Shown one piece after another: positions 42,968 to 51,816 of a stretch of 64,000 bases of DNA (positions are counted from its first letter, which is position 1; every line of letters starts with the position of its first letter). The position numbers and the translations under genes were made by a program. The notes under the pieces are model-generated. The model had not been told where the DNA came from. It worked only from the letters and a program-made list of their open reading frames with translations, and did no database searches. The stretch lies in IMG/VR virus record IMGVR_UViG_3300033508_000321. One strand, 5' to 3'. This stretch comes from a virus.

Positions 42968-44144
42968 CCAGGCAAAAGCATTTGAAAAGCTAAAAACCCT
43001 TAAAGTAGGTGCACTTTTCATGTCACCGGGTGCGGGTAAAACCCTAACAGCCTTTGAGCTTATTCATAGTGTAGAAGGTATTAACTACGTGTTATGGTTA
43101 ACACCCTTTCAGACGAAAGAAAATTTGCGCAAAGAATTAACAGAGTATGGTGGTTTTGACTTTGCCCATGATGTAGTGGGTATAGAAACACTTTCATCAT
43201 CTGATGCTGTTTATCTGAAATTAAGTAAGAAGATACAAGAGCATAACACATTTATAGTGTGTGATGAAAGCCTGAAAATAAAAAATTTGGCGGCAAAGCG
43301 TACCCAAAGAATCCTAGAACTGAGCAAATTTTGTGAGTACAAACTCATATTGAATGGTACACCGCTAAGCAAGAATGTAATGGATTTATGGGCACAGTTA
43401 CAATTCCTTAGCCCTAAAATACTAAATATGCCTTTGGCTCAGTACAAGAGTGTATTCGTGAAATACACCACCATCACGAAGAAAATAAACGGCTATAAAG
43501 TAACAAGGGAGTTTATCGATGGCTACGCCAATATTGATTACCTGTACTCACTTATTAAACCCTACGTGTACGAGTGTGACCTTACAGTAAATGTAGAAAA
43601 ACATTATGTAGAGTACATTTATGAGGTAGGTGAAGAAGCAAAAGAAGAGTATAACAGGTTAAAAAAGTTCATGTCTGAGCATGAATATTTGCTTTTCAGG
43701 AATAACAACGTATTCTTGGAACTGATACAAAACTTACAAATGGCTTACTGTACAGTACCTGAAAAATTCGAACTCCTGGGGTGGGTGCTTACTCAGGTAG
43801 AACCAAAGAAAACCATTGTTTTTTGTAAATTTATACGTAGTGTTGAATCCATTAGTAAGAAATTTCCATACCTTAAAGTACTGACCTACGGTAAACACGC
43901 ATACGGGTTAAATTTGCAGGAATATAATACGGTTGTATTTTGGGATAAAACCTTTGATTATGCGTTACGATTACAAGCCGAAAGGCGTATCTTTAGAACC
44001 GGGCAAACTGATATTTGTACGTATTATGACCTAACAGCTAGTACGGGTTTGGATAACATGATAAACGGAAATATAGAGCGGAAAGAATCCATGCTCAGTT
44101 ACTTTAAGAAAATAGCATTTAAAACTTTTATTGAAAACTTATGA
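42948..44144 (+). CDS. SNF2-family helicase/ATPase
   Basis: Motif I MSPGAGKT. Motif II VCDESLKIKN. Motif III LILNGTPLSKNVMDLWAQLQFL. Motif VI RIFRTGQT. Confidence 0.75.
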   Translation: MMILLDDQAKAFEKLKTLKVGALFMSPGAGKTLTAFELIHSVEGINYVLWLTPFQTKENLRKELTEYGGFDFAHDVVGIETLSSSDAVYLKLSKKIQEHNTFIVCDESLKIKNLAAKRTQRILELSKFCEYKLILNGTPLSKNVMDLWAQLQFLSPKILNMPLAQYKSVFVKYTTITKKINGYKVTREFIDGYANIDYLYSLIKPYVYECDLTVNVEKHYVEYIYEVGEEAKEEYNRLKKFMSEHEYLLFRNNNVFLELIQNLQMAYCTVPEKFELLGWVLTQVEPKKTIVFCKFIRSVESISKKFPYLKVLTYGKHAYGLNLQEYNTVVFWDKTFDYALRLQAERRIFRTGQTDICTYYDLTASTGLDNMINGNIERKESMLSYFKKIAFKTFIENL

Positions 44145-44689
44145 AAAAAGCAGCGTTTAAAAGCCCTGTGTACAGTGTTGTAGCTGTACCGATTTATAAA
44201 ATTGAGGCAAATAACTACAATCCAAACCACGTTGCAAAGCGTGAAATGGACTTACTCTACCAAAGCATAAAATGTGATGGGTACACTATGCCTATTGTAT
44301 GTTTCTATGATGATGAAAGGGATAAATACATTATCGTGGATGGTTTTCACCGTTATACGATTATGCTCAAATACAAAGATATTTTTGAGCGAGAAAATGG
44401 TATGTTACCGGTATCAGTTATTCACAAAGATCTAAGTGACCGAATGGCTTCAACAATTCGTCATAACAGGGCACGAGGTAAACATGAAGTGGAACTGCAA
44501 GCATCTTTAGTCGGGATGTTAAAATCTGGGTGGGATGAGCTAAAAATAATGAAAGAGCTGGGCATGACCTTAGAAGAAGTACAACGTTTGATAGGTTTAC
44601 GTGGTATAGCAAGTGAGATAAAAGGTGTACCTTATTCAATCGAACGCCAAATAATAGAAGCAGGGGAGGACGTTACTGATGAAGATTAA
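44141..44689 (+). CDS. ParB/Srx-fold N-terminal domain protein (IbrB-like)
   Basis: YNPNHV...IIVDGFHRYT...IRHNRARGKH. ATGA-coupled to the SNF2 gene. Confidence 0.65.
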   Translation: MKKAAFKSPVYSVVAVPIYKIEANNYNPNHVAKREMDLLYQSIKCDGYTMPIVCFYDDERDKYIIVDGFHRYTIMLKYKDIFERENGMLPVSVIHKDLSDRMASTIRHNRARGKHEVELQASLVGMLKSGWDELKIMKELGMTLEEVQRLIGLRGIASEIKGVPYSIERQIIEAGEDVTDED

Positions 44690-45260
44690 ATTTATAGTAA
44701 TGACCAGCGAGGATCCTAAAAGGATTGAAAATGTACAAAAAATGGAAATTCCGGACTTAGTAATTTACAGGGGTGATAACGATGACGTATTTCAAAAGTA
44801 TCTTAATTGTTTTATCCTAGAATCTGAGTATGATGGCGTGCTAGTACTTGAGGATGATGTACAACTTTGCTGGGATTTTTATACTAAAGTGTTAGGTATA
44901 ATTCAAAAATATGCCAGTGATGTGATTAGCTTTTTTGAAAAGCCTAATTCTAGACAGGTACTTGAAAAAGGTTTTAGGCCGGGGCGTGACTTTATGTTCA
45001 ACCAGTGTAATTATTACCCTAAAGCTACATGTGAGTTATTTTTAGGTTCGGAAAACGTAGCTGAGTTTAAAAACTCATATTTCACTAAATACAAAGTTTG
45101 GGTAGCCCCGATCGATATTTACATAGCACACGTGCTAAGTAAATACAAGTTAGAGTACCTTATGTACTTACCTTTTTTGGTGCAGCATTTACCCTTTAAA
45201 TCTATTTTGGGTAACAGGTCTACCAAACGTCAAACCAAATTTTTTATAGATGACCTATGA
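44679..45260 (+). CDS. Glycosyltransferase family 25-like protein
   Basis: MKIKFIVMTSEDPKRIENV... and VLVLEDDVQLCWDF resemble the GT25 N-terminus and EDD motif. Confidence 0.45.
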   Translation: MKIKFIVMTSEDPKRIENVQKMEIPDLVIYRGDNDDVFQKYLNCFILESEYDGVLVLEDDVQLCWDFYTKVLGIIQKYASDVISFFEKPNSRQVLEKGFRPGRDFMFNQCNYYPKATCELFLGSENVAEFKNSYFTKYKVWVAPIDIYIAHVLSKYKLEYLMYLPFLVQHLPFKSILGNRSTKRQTKFFIDDL

Positions 45261-46414
45261 AAAGAACTACAACGCTGGGCACGGAAAACGTGTTGGAATC
45301 TACACTAAAACGTATTGCTTACCTGTTTGATCACTATGATAATATTTCCTTATCATTCTCTGGTGGTAAAGATAGCACTGCTTTGTTTCATTTGGTGAAT
45401 AACGAGGCTGTGAAACGTGATAGGAAATTTATTCTATACTTTCAAGATCAGGAAGCAGAGTATCAGGGTACTATTGACCTAATGGAATGGGCTATGACTA
45501 GGCCAAACGTAATACCACTTTGGTATCAAGTACCGATTTTTATGACCAATGCAGCTAGTCACCAACAACTATTTTTGTGGGCGTGGGGTGAGGGTGAAAA
45601 ATGGGTGCGAGAAAAGCATCCGATGGCCATACAATCTATTGATGGAAAATATCCTAAGCGGTTTTATAAGTTTAACTTGTGGGTAGGTCAGCAACTAAGA
45701 AAATTGCCCGGAAATCATGTATCAATAATCGGATTAAGAGCCGAAGAAAGCCCTGATAGACGTTTTGTGATGTTTGGCGAAGACAGTGATTTGTTTTGGT
45801 TACGTAGAAAAACAGAGCCACATAAAGCATATCCTATTATTGATTGGGCATATACCGATGTGTGGAAGTACCTTATTGAAGGTAGTTACAGGTACAATAA
45901 CGTGTATGATAAGATGTATATGCTAGGTGGTAATTTACGCCAATTCAGGGTTTCAAATTTGGTGCATGAAAAGGCATTCCGGTGTTTAACTGATTTGCAG
46001 GAATTAGAACCTGAAACGTATGATAAGTTAGAAGAACGTTTGCAGGGTGTACATACGGCAGCTATCTATGGCAAAGAAGCCTTGATTTATTCGATAAAAA
46101 CCTTACCGGAAAGTTTTAAAACATGGAAAGAGTACAAGGATTTTCTACTAAGTAGTATACACCCAGACCTGAGCAAATTGTTTCGTTATCAATGGTCACG
46201 TTTTGGTGATACGGACGATGTACGAGCTTGTAAATACATGGTAAAACGTATTCTATTATGCGACTGGGAGGGTAACATCAAAGAACAGGATTGGATGAAA
46301 TACTACCCTGAGTGGACTGTTAATAAATTCAACTACACCAAGGAACAGATACTAGAAAAAAATAGGCAGAAACGTGAAGATCCAGTAATAAATAAATGGA
46401 TGGCCAAGCTGTGA
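45257..46414 (+). CDS. PAPS reductase-family PP-loop ATPase (IbrA/DndC-like)
   Basis: PP-loop SFSGGKDSTALFHLV. C-terminal FRVSNLVHEKAFRCLTDLQELEPETYDKLEERLQGVHTA resembles the IbrA C-terminal extension. Confidence 0.65.
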   Translation: MKRTTTLGTENVLESTLKRIAYLFDHYDNISLSFSGGKDSTALFHLVNNEAVKRDRKFILYFQDQEAEYQGTIDLMEWAMTRPNVIPLWYQVPIFMTNAASHQQLFLWAWGEGEKWVREKHPMAIQSIDGKYPKRFYKFNLWVGQQLRKLPGNHVSIIGLRAEESPDRRFVMFGEDSDLFWLRRKTEPHKAYPIIDWAYTDVWKYLIEGSYRYNNVYDKMYMLGGNLRQFRVSNLVHEKAFRCLTDLQELEPETYDKLEERLQGVHTAAIYGKEALIYSIKTLPESFKTWKEYKDFLLSSIHPDLSKLFRYQWSRFGDTDDVRACKYMVKRILLCDWEGNIKEQDWMKYYPEWTVNKFNYTKEQILEKNRQKREDPVINKWMAKL

Positions 46415-46420
46415 AATGTT

Positions 46421-46448
46421 AAAACGCTGCTTAATTGCAGCGTTTTTT
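46421..46448 (+). terminator. Rho-independent terminator
   Basis: AAAACGCTGC-ttaatt-GCAGCGTTTT followed by TT. Confidence 0.7.
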
Positions 46449-46472
46449 ATTATTTTTGTTAAAATAAATGCA

Positions 46473-46480
46473 TAGATTTG
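46473..46480 (+). promoter_or_regulatory. -7 box TAgaTTTG
   Basis: Exact TAnnTTTG 17 nt before ATG 46498. Confidence 0.5.
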
Positions 46481-46497
46481 TAAAAATTTTACATTTT

Positions 46498-47373
46498 ATG
46501 GACATAAACGAATTAAAAGAACTCATAAAACCCGCTTTTGCAAGCGTCGGTAAACTACCAAAAGAAGAGGCGAAGAACTACGGTAATTACAAATTGATGC
46601 CGGTAGAGATATTGGTGAAAGCGGGTTGGAATTACAAGCAAGAAAACCCGTATACGAGTGATAAACTAAACGCTAATTTAAAGCGTAACGGGCAGGTAGA
46701 AAATATACAAGTACGATTACTTGATACAGGTTACTACGAGGTAGTAAATGGTAACCACCGCTTAGATGAAATCATAAAACTTGGGCGCAAAATGGTGGTG
46801 GTTTATGACCATGGAAAAGTAAGTTTAGCCGAGGCGAAGCGTATTGCCATTGAAACAAACGAAACGAAATTTAAAGCGGAAGAAACGCTTTTGGCGGAAG
46901 CAATCCGAGAACTCGAAGCAGAATTTGGCTTAGAAGACCTAGAGCAAACATTACCATTCTCGGATGAAGAAATGGAAAAAATGATGTCGGAAATGGATTC
47001 TGAGTTTGAGGAACCAACACAGGGTAATTATACACGCAAGATTGAATCGCCTACCTATGAGCCAAAGAATGAAAAACCGCACACCATAGACTTGTACGAC
47101 AAAAGCAAGTATGAGCAACTTTTAGAGGGTATAGAGGGTAGCTCAGCAGATCCAGAGGTTAAGATGTTTCTAAAAATTGCGGCGGCAAGGCACATAGTTT
47201 TTGACTATTCTAAGATAGCCGATTTTTATGCGCACAGCGATGCACAGGTACAACGTTTGATGGAGGATTCAGCACTCGTAATTATAGACTTTAATAGAGC
47301 TATTGAGCTAGGTTTTGTGCAGTTATCGGAGAATATAGCAAAACAATACACAGAGGATTATGGAAAAGCCTAA
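46498..47373 (+). CDS. Second ParB N-terminal domain protein with acidic C-terminal half
   Basis: Start moved to ATG 46498, downstream of the -7 box. YYEVVNGNHRLDEI...IAIETNETKF ParB-like motifs. Confidence 0.65.
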   Translation: MDINELKELIKPAFASVGKLPKEEAKNYGNYKLMPVEILVKAGWNYKQENPYTSDKLNANLKRNGQVENIQVRLLDTGYYEVVNGNHRLDEIIKLGRKMVVVYDHGKVSLAEAKRIAIETNETKFKAEETLLAEAIRELEAEFGLEDLEQTLPFSDEEMEKMMSEMDSEFEEPTQGNYTRKIESPTYEPKNEKPHTIDLYDKSKYEQLLEGIEGSSADPEVKMFLKIAAARHIVFDYSKIADFYAHSDAQVQRLMEDSALVIIDFNRAIELGFVQLSENIAKQYTEDYGKA

Positions 47374-48223
47374 AGATTTTTGCATTTTTATTATCTCACA
47401 TGGTAGGCCTGATAAGGTAATGACGTGGAATACTTTGAAAAAAGTTGGTAATACATCACCAGTTTACATTGTTATAGATGATACGGATAAAACATCGGAA
47501 AAATACTACACTAATTTCGGTAAAGAAACAGTAGTGATGTTCGATAAAGAAGCGATAGCCAAAACTACGGATCATGGAGATAATTTTTGGAACCTACGCA
47601 CAACTACTCACGCACGAAATGCTTGCTTCGACATAGCTAAAAAATTAGGGTACACGTACTTTTTAGTGCTAGACGATGATTATACCTACTTTGCGTACAC
47701 GGCAGACGATGCCTTTAACTACAATAGTAAGGGCACACCAGTAAAAGATATAAATAAAACTTTTTGTTTGTTTATCGATTTTTACAAGAGTATTCCAGCA
47801 CTTAGTGTATGTTTTGCTCAAGGGGGCGACTTTGTGGGCGGCGAAAATTCTGCTGTATTTAAAAAAGAACTATCAAGAAAGGCTATGAACTCGTGGTTTT
47901 GTTCTGTAGATCGCCCCTTTAAATTCATAAGTAGGTTGAATGAGGATGTTAACACTTACTTGTGTCTGGGTGCCACAGGCGGTTTATTCTTTACAGTTAC
48001 GTGGATAAGACTTGAGCAGATACAAACGCAGCTAAATTCAGGTGGAATGACGGAGGCATACCTAGAAGGTGGTACATACGTAAAATCATTCTACACAGTG
48101 ATGTACTGTCCATCTTTTGCTAAGGTAGGATTAATGGGTAACACCAATAAAAGGTTGCACCATAGAATATCATGGAATAATGCAGTACCTAAGATTGTAA
48201 ATGAAAATATTAGAAAAATATGA
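47360..48223 (+). CDS. GT-A-like glycosyltransferase (DxD)
   Basis: FIISHGRPDK...VYIVIDDTD...YTYFLVLDDDYTYF. Fold call by motif only. Confidence 0.35.
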   Translation: MEKPKDFCIFIISHGRPDKVMTWNTLKKVGNTSPVYIVIDDTDKTSEKYYTNFGKETVVMFDKEAIAKTTDHGDNFWNLRTTTHARNACFDIAKKLGYTYFLVLDDDYTYFAYTADDAFNYNSKGTPVKDINKTFCLFIDFYKSIPALSVCFAQGGDFVGGENSAVFKKELSRKAMNSWFCSVDRPFKFISRLNEDVNTYLCLGATGGLFFTVTWIRLEQIQTQLNSGGMTEAYLEGGTYVKSFYTVMYCPSFAKVGLMGNTNKRLHHRISWNNAVPKIVNENIRKI

Positions 48224-48714
48224 AAAAGAAAGAAAAAATTTGGGCGGAGGTTCAACCAAAAATATACGATGAAAAATACCACGATATAAAGATGGAAGAA
48301 TTGGTGATGGAAGGGTTAACGTTGCAAGAAATTGCAGAAAAATTGGCGGTAGAATATCGAACATTAACAAAATGGTTAGTACGTTACCCATCACTGGCAG
48401 AAGCATTCAATCGTGGACGTATACCGAGAGATTTGGCGGTGGAAAATGCCCTTTACAAGAGAGCTATTGGATATACGTATGAAGAAAAAATAGCTGAGTC
48501 AACTGGTACGATGGAGGAGGCGGAGGGGAAAAAAAGGGCGGGAAAATTCCGAAGAGTAACAAAACATATGCCACCAGATGTAGAAGCAATAAAGATGTGG
48601 TTAAGTAATAAAAAACCACACCTGTGGTCAAACACTCAAAAGATAGATGTAACATCGAAAGGACAACAAATGCCGATTGTAATGATAGGTGCACCACCGG
48701 AAGAGGAAAAATAG
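48220..48714 (+). CDS. Terminase small subunit
   Basis: HTH GLTLQEIAEKLAVEYRTLTKWL. ENALYKRAIGYTYEE and PPDVEAIKMWLSNKKPHLWSN are typical small-terminase motifs. Confidence 0.65.
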   Translation: MKKKEKIWAEVQPKIYDEKYHDIKMEELVMEGLTLQEIAEKLAVEYRTLTKWLVRYPSLAEAFNRGRIPRDLAVENALYKRAIGYTYEEKIAESTGTMEEAEGKKRAGKFRRVTKHMPPDVEAIKMWLSNKKPHLWSNTQKIDVTSKGQQMPIVMIGAPPEEEK

Positions 48715-48847
48715 GCGTATATACTCGCCGACCAATTTCGGAACTCATTCTTATAACTGATTGAAAATGTTATCGTGTAAGTGTTATTTCAGATATTTAT
48801 TAACAAAGTGCGTACCCCGTTAACAATAGTTTTTGTATACTTGTCAG

Positions 48848-48882
48848 CCTGTTAGAGTGTTACAAACTTTAACAGGTTTTTT
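48848..48882 (+). terminator. Rho-independent terminator in the 259-nt gap
   Basis: CCTGTTA-15 nt-TAACAGG followed by TTTTTT. Confidence 0.55.
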
Positions 48883-48900
48883 AATTTTGTATGCTGATAA

Positions 48901-48946
48901 TTAACAAGCTATTAACAATAAGTAAAAAGTTAATTAACTATTTTTA
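48901..48946 (+). promoter_or_regulatory. TTAACAA dyad plus TAttTTTa box upstream of 48974
   Basis: Heptamers at 48901 and 48912, N20, then TAttTTTa 48939-48946. An exact TAatTTTG also lies at 48882-48889. Confidence 0.45.
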
Positions 48947-48973
48947 CATGGTCACTAAATATGTTAAAAACCG

Positions 48974-49261
48974 ATGGCAAAACTACAAAAACATGACACA
49001 GTGCACGTTATGCAATGCACTGATTTACAATCAGGTAAGACCGTAGGAAAACACTACGGATGCATAGAAGAAAGCAAGGGTCTGGTCGGATACATCGTTA
49101 AGTTATTCACACACAGGCACAAAGGAAATACACCGGCAGACAAATGCAAATGTCATGGCCGTTTGAAAGGACTGATAGACGAAAACACGTTTATCACAGA
49201 ACCGAAGTTCTACGCAAGTAAGCACAATATCACTAAAATCAAAGGTTATTATGAAGAGTAA
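48974..49261 (+). CDS. Hypothetical protein
   Basis: 95-aa ORF, first gene after the promoter region. Confidence 0.5.
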   Translation: MAKLQKHDTVHVMQCTDLQSGKTVGKHYGCIEESKGLVGYIVKLFTHRHKGNTPADKCKCHGRLKGLIDENTFITEPKFYASKHNITKIKGYYEE

Positions 49262-49517
49262 TTTTTTACGAAAAATTTTAGCTGTAATTTTTGCACCCAA
49301 AAAATGCAAAACGTTAGTGTACAGTATGGTTAACCCGGCGGAAATTCTCATCGAAGATGAGGAAATCCTAGACGAATATTTAGATTATTTTCACATTGGA
49401 AGTAAGGTTTATCTGTATAAATTTAATTTATGGGTAGCCAATTCCGATGCGTACATGGTACAGCTGGGTGAAGTATACCCGGCAGTGATAAAAAATGGTA
49501 AAATTTACAAGAAATGA
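49251..49517 (+). CDS. Hypothetical protein
   Basis: 88-aa ORF with 11-nt overlap. Confidence 0.45.
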   Translation: MKSNFLRKILAVIFAPKKCKTLVYSMVNPAEILIEDEEILDEYLDYFHIGSKVYLYKFNLWVANSDAYMVQLGEVYPAVIKNGKIYKK

Positions 49518-49771
49518 AACAACAGTTTAAAGATTGGCGAGCCGTGAAAAACGCAATAGAAAGCGGTAAATTATGCATGAAACCCACAGCACTCGAAAGG
49601 TATTTCACAGAAAGAAACATTTACTTACCTAGCATCATGCATCTACTAGCACCAAAAGGTATAGCAGCTAGGGGCAAATCTGCCGATGCGCTTTTTTCCG
49701 CCGTTTCCTTTAACGATCCTGCTTATTTGGATGCAATTATCCAAGATAAATACGAACGCTTAAACACATAA
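49514..49771 (+). CDS. Hypothetical protein
   Basis: ATGA-coupled 85-aa ORF. Confidence 0.45.
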   Translation: MKQQFKDWRAVKNAIESGKLCMKPTALERYFTERNIYLPSIMHLLAPKGIAARGKSADALFSAVSFNDPAYLDAIIQDKYERLNT

Positions 49772-49859
49772 ACCGTGAATTGCGTAGATCCATTTTTGGG
49801 CACAAATGAAACATTAAGCCCAAAGCAAATAGAAAAAATCGAACAAAAAGCAAACGAAA

Positions 49860-50444
49860 ATGAAAGAATTGAAAGAAGCACTAACGAACCTAGCCCGGTA
49901 CTGGGCAACACAACTGAGTAAAGCAGGCGTAAGCCCTGTTTTCCCGGAACCAAAAACAGCTACAGAAGTTAGCATCATGCAAGGACATTTGCAGTGTCCA
50001 CCGGATGGTGTAGTACTTTTTAGCATAAATCCCGATACCTATGATGTAACGGTGAAAAACGATAAAGGCGAAATGCATTTTCCCGCCGGTGAAATTTACG
50101 ACGTAATAAAAAGATGCGGCCAAAGTTTGGGTAAACACAAGTTCGGTAACATCGACAAACCCGGATTGAACATGCAAAAATTCTTTGTCCAGATGCTCAG
50201 ACAAAAGCGTGAATACGTAGTACAGTACTTAGATTTTTGTGAAGAGTACGAAAGACTGCATAATGAGTTTTACTCAAAGCAGCCCAAAGATAATAATGCA
50301 TTTCGTTGGACAGCCGATTATAATGCTCATAGGGATATAGATGCTTCACTTTTGGCACGTCACCCATACTATGAAGAGTTTAAACGTGCATACCAGTATC
50401 GTGATTTAATCAAAGCAAATTTACGGATGTGGCGGGAATCTTAG
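49860..50444 (+). CDS. Hypothetical protein
   Basis: 194-aa ORF. Confidence 0.5.
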   Translation: MKELKEALTNLARYWATQLSKAGVSPVFPEPKTATEVSIMQGHLQCPPDGVVLFSINPDTYDVTVKNDKGEMHFPAGEIYDVIKRCGQSLGKHKFGNIDKPGLNMQKFFVQMLRQKREYVVQYLDFCEEYERLHNEFYSKQPKDNNAFRWTADYNAHRDIDASLLARHPYYEEFKRAYQYRDLIKANLRMWRES

Positions 50445-50692
50445 AGAAGAAAAAATCGGCAAAAGATAGGGTACTCAAAATGGCGTACCCTGTAGCCGAT
50501 AAAAGGGTAAGCGGAAAAGACCTTTTAGAGCAGGGTTTAATCTTGCGAAAATTTAAACGCAAAATGCTATGTTTTGCAGAACTCACAACCGGCGAAACGC
50601 TGGTAATACCTGAAGCATTTTTTAACATGATAAACCTGCATAAAAATGACCGAAAACGAAAAGAATCTGCTCAATCAAATAGCAGGCCTTAA
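50429..50692 (+). CDS. Hypothetical protein (start uncertain: GTG 50429 or ATG 50480)
   Basis: ORF overlaps the next gene by 47 nt. Confidence 0.35.
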   Translation: MAGILEKKKSAKDRVLKMAYPVADKRVSGKDLLEQGLILRKFKRKMLCFAELTTGETLVIPEAFFNMINLHKNDRKRKESAQSNSRP

Positions 50693-50903
50693 AGATGAAA
50701 TTACCATGCTCGAGTATGAGCTGGCAAGGCTAAAAGTGGAAAAAATGAGCTTTAATACTATGCTGCAATCCGAGTTAAAAAAGCAAAGATTCCTGATAGC
50801 AGAAAAAGCGGACGTGAAACAAGAAGTATTACCTGATGAAACCGTAGTATGGGTAGTAGACAAAGATTCAATTTATAATAACCCTTTAATACTGATGAAA
50901 TGA
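50646..50903 (+). CDS. Hypothetical coiled-coil protein
   Basis: 85-aa ORF, LKDEITMLEYELARLKVEK. Confidence 0.45.
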   Translation: MTENEKNLLNQIAGLKDEITMLEYELARLKVEKMSFNTMLQSELKKQRFLIAEKADVKQEVLPDETVVWVVDKDSIYNNPLILMK

Positions 50904-51280
50904 GCACACGTGCCTACATAGCAAGAAAAATAGATGATGGTTTTGAGTACATCTACTGCCACAATTCCGGTGAAGAAGACATAGCAGTATTGATAGACGA
51001 TTACGGTACTGATGAAAAGGTAAAAGAACTAATATCCCTTGGTGACATTTCATCTTTGGGCTCGAAAGTAATCCCAAACCCAGGAAGACGTCACACATTC
51101 GAACATCCACAAAAAGACGTAACCGTAGCCTATTACCGAGACCGCAACGAAGGCTGGTTACGAGTGAAACCGGGCAGAGTACCAGCGTTACACGAGCTGT
51201 TAGGTATAGCAGAAAGAGGAGGAATAGACTTTGTGTTTACATTTGACAATGGTGTATGGGCTAGTTATGAGATAGTTTAA
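50900..51280 (+). CDS. Hypothetical protein
   Basis: ATGA-coupled 126-aa ORF. Its stop lies inside module copy B. Confidence 0.5.
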   Translation: MSTRAYIARKIDDGFEYIYCHNSGEEDIAVLIDDYGTDEKVKELISLGDISSLGSKVIPNPGRRHTFEHPQKDVTVAYYRDRNEGWLRVKPGRVPALHELLGIAERGGIDFVFTFDNGVWASYEIV

Positions 51281-51424
51281 CAACTTATTTACAAATTGAG
51301 GAAACTTTGTTAAAAACTTGTTAATTTCTTATAGATTTTAACAAATCATTAACAAAGTTTCCTTTTACAATTTTCTGGGTGTTAACAACTTATTAACAAA
51401 TGTTACTTTATCTTTGTTGTATAA
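51277..51424 (+). repeat. Terminator/promoter module, copy B
   Basis: Same architecture as copy A. -7 box TAtcTTTG 51409-51416. Dyad 51382/51393. Confidence 0.85.
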
Positions 51425-51442
51425 ACAAATAAGAAAAACACA

Positions 51443-51766
51443 ATGGAAACTCAATTAGCAATCAGAACCAGACAACAAGAAATAGCTCAAACTATACTGG
51501 AACAACTAGGTGGATTAAATCGTTTAAATGCGATGTTAGGCTTAAAAGACTTGATGGTAAACGGTTATGGCCTCAGTTTCAAAATCAGCGTAAAAGCAGC
51601 CGCAAACTATGTAAACATCACATTAACCAGTGATGGTCTGTACTACGTAGAATTGGGTAAAATTCGTGGCAAATCTTACAACATAGTAGCTAACTTTCAA
51701 GGCGTGTATGCTGACCAATTGAAAAGCATAATCGAAGATACAGCAAAAGTAAGACTATCATTATAA
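51443..51766 (+). CDS. Cassette 2 cargo: 107-aa protein of unknown function
   Basis: ORF between module B and hairpin copy 2. Confidence 0.6.
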   Translation: METQLAIRTRQQEIAQTILEQLGGLNRLNAMLGLKDLMVNGYGLSFKISVKAAANYVNITLTSDGLYYVELGKIRGKSYNIVANFQGVYADQLKSIIEDTAKVRLSL

Positions 51767-51773
51767 AAACAAA

Positions 51774-51787
51774 GGGGCGAAAGCCCC
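51774..51787 (+). terminator. Cassette 3' hairpin GGGGC-GAAA-GCCCC (copy 2)
   Basis: Identical 14-mer, 8 nt after the stop. Confidence 0.4.
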
Positions 51788-51816
51788 TACTTAAAACAAC
51801 AGAAAAACACCAGAGC

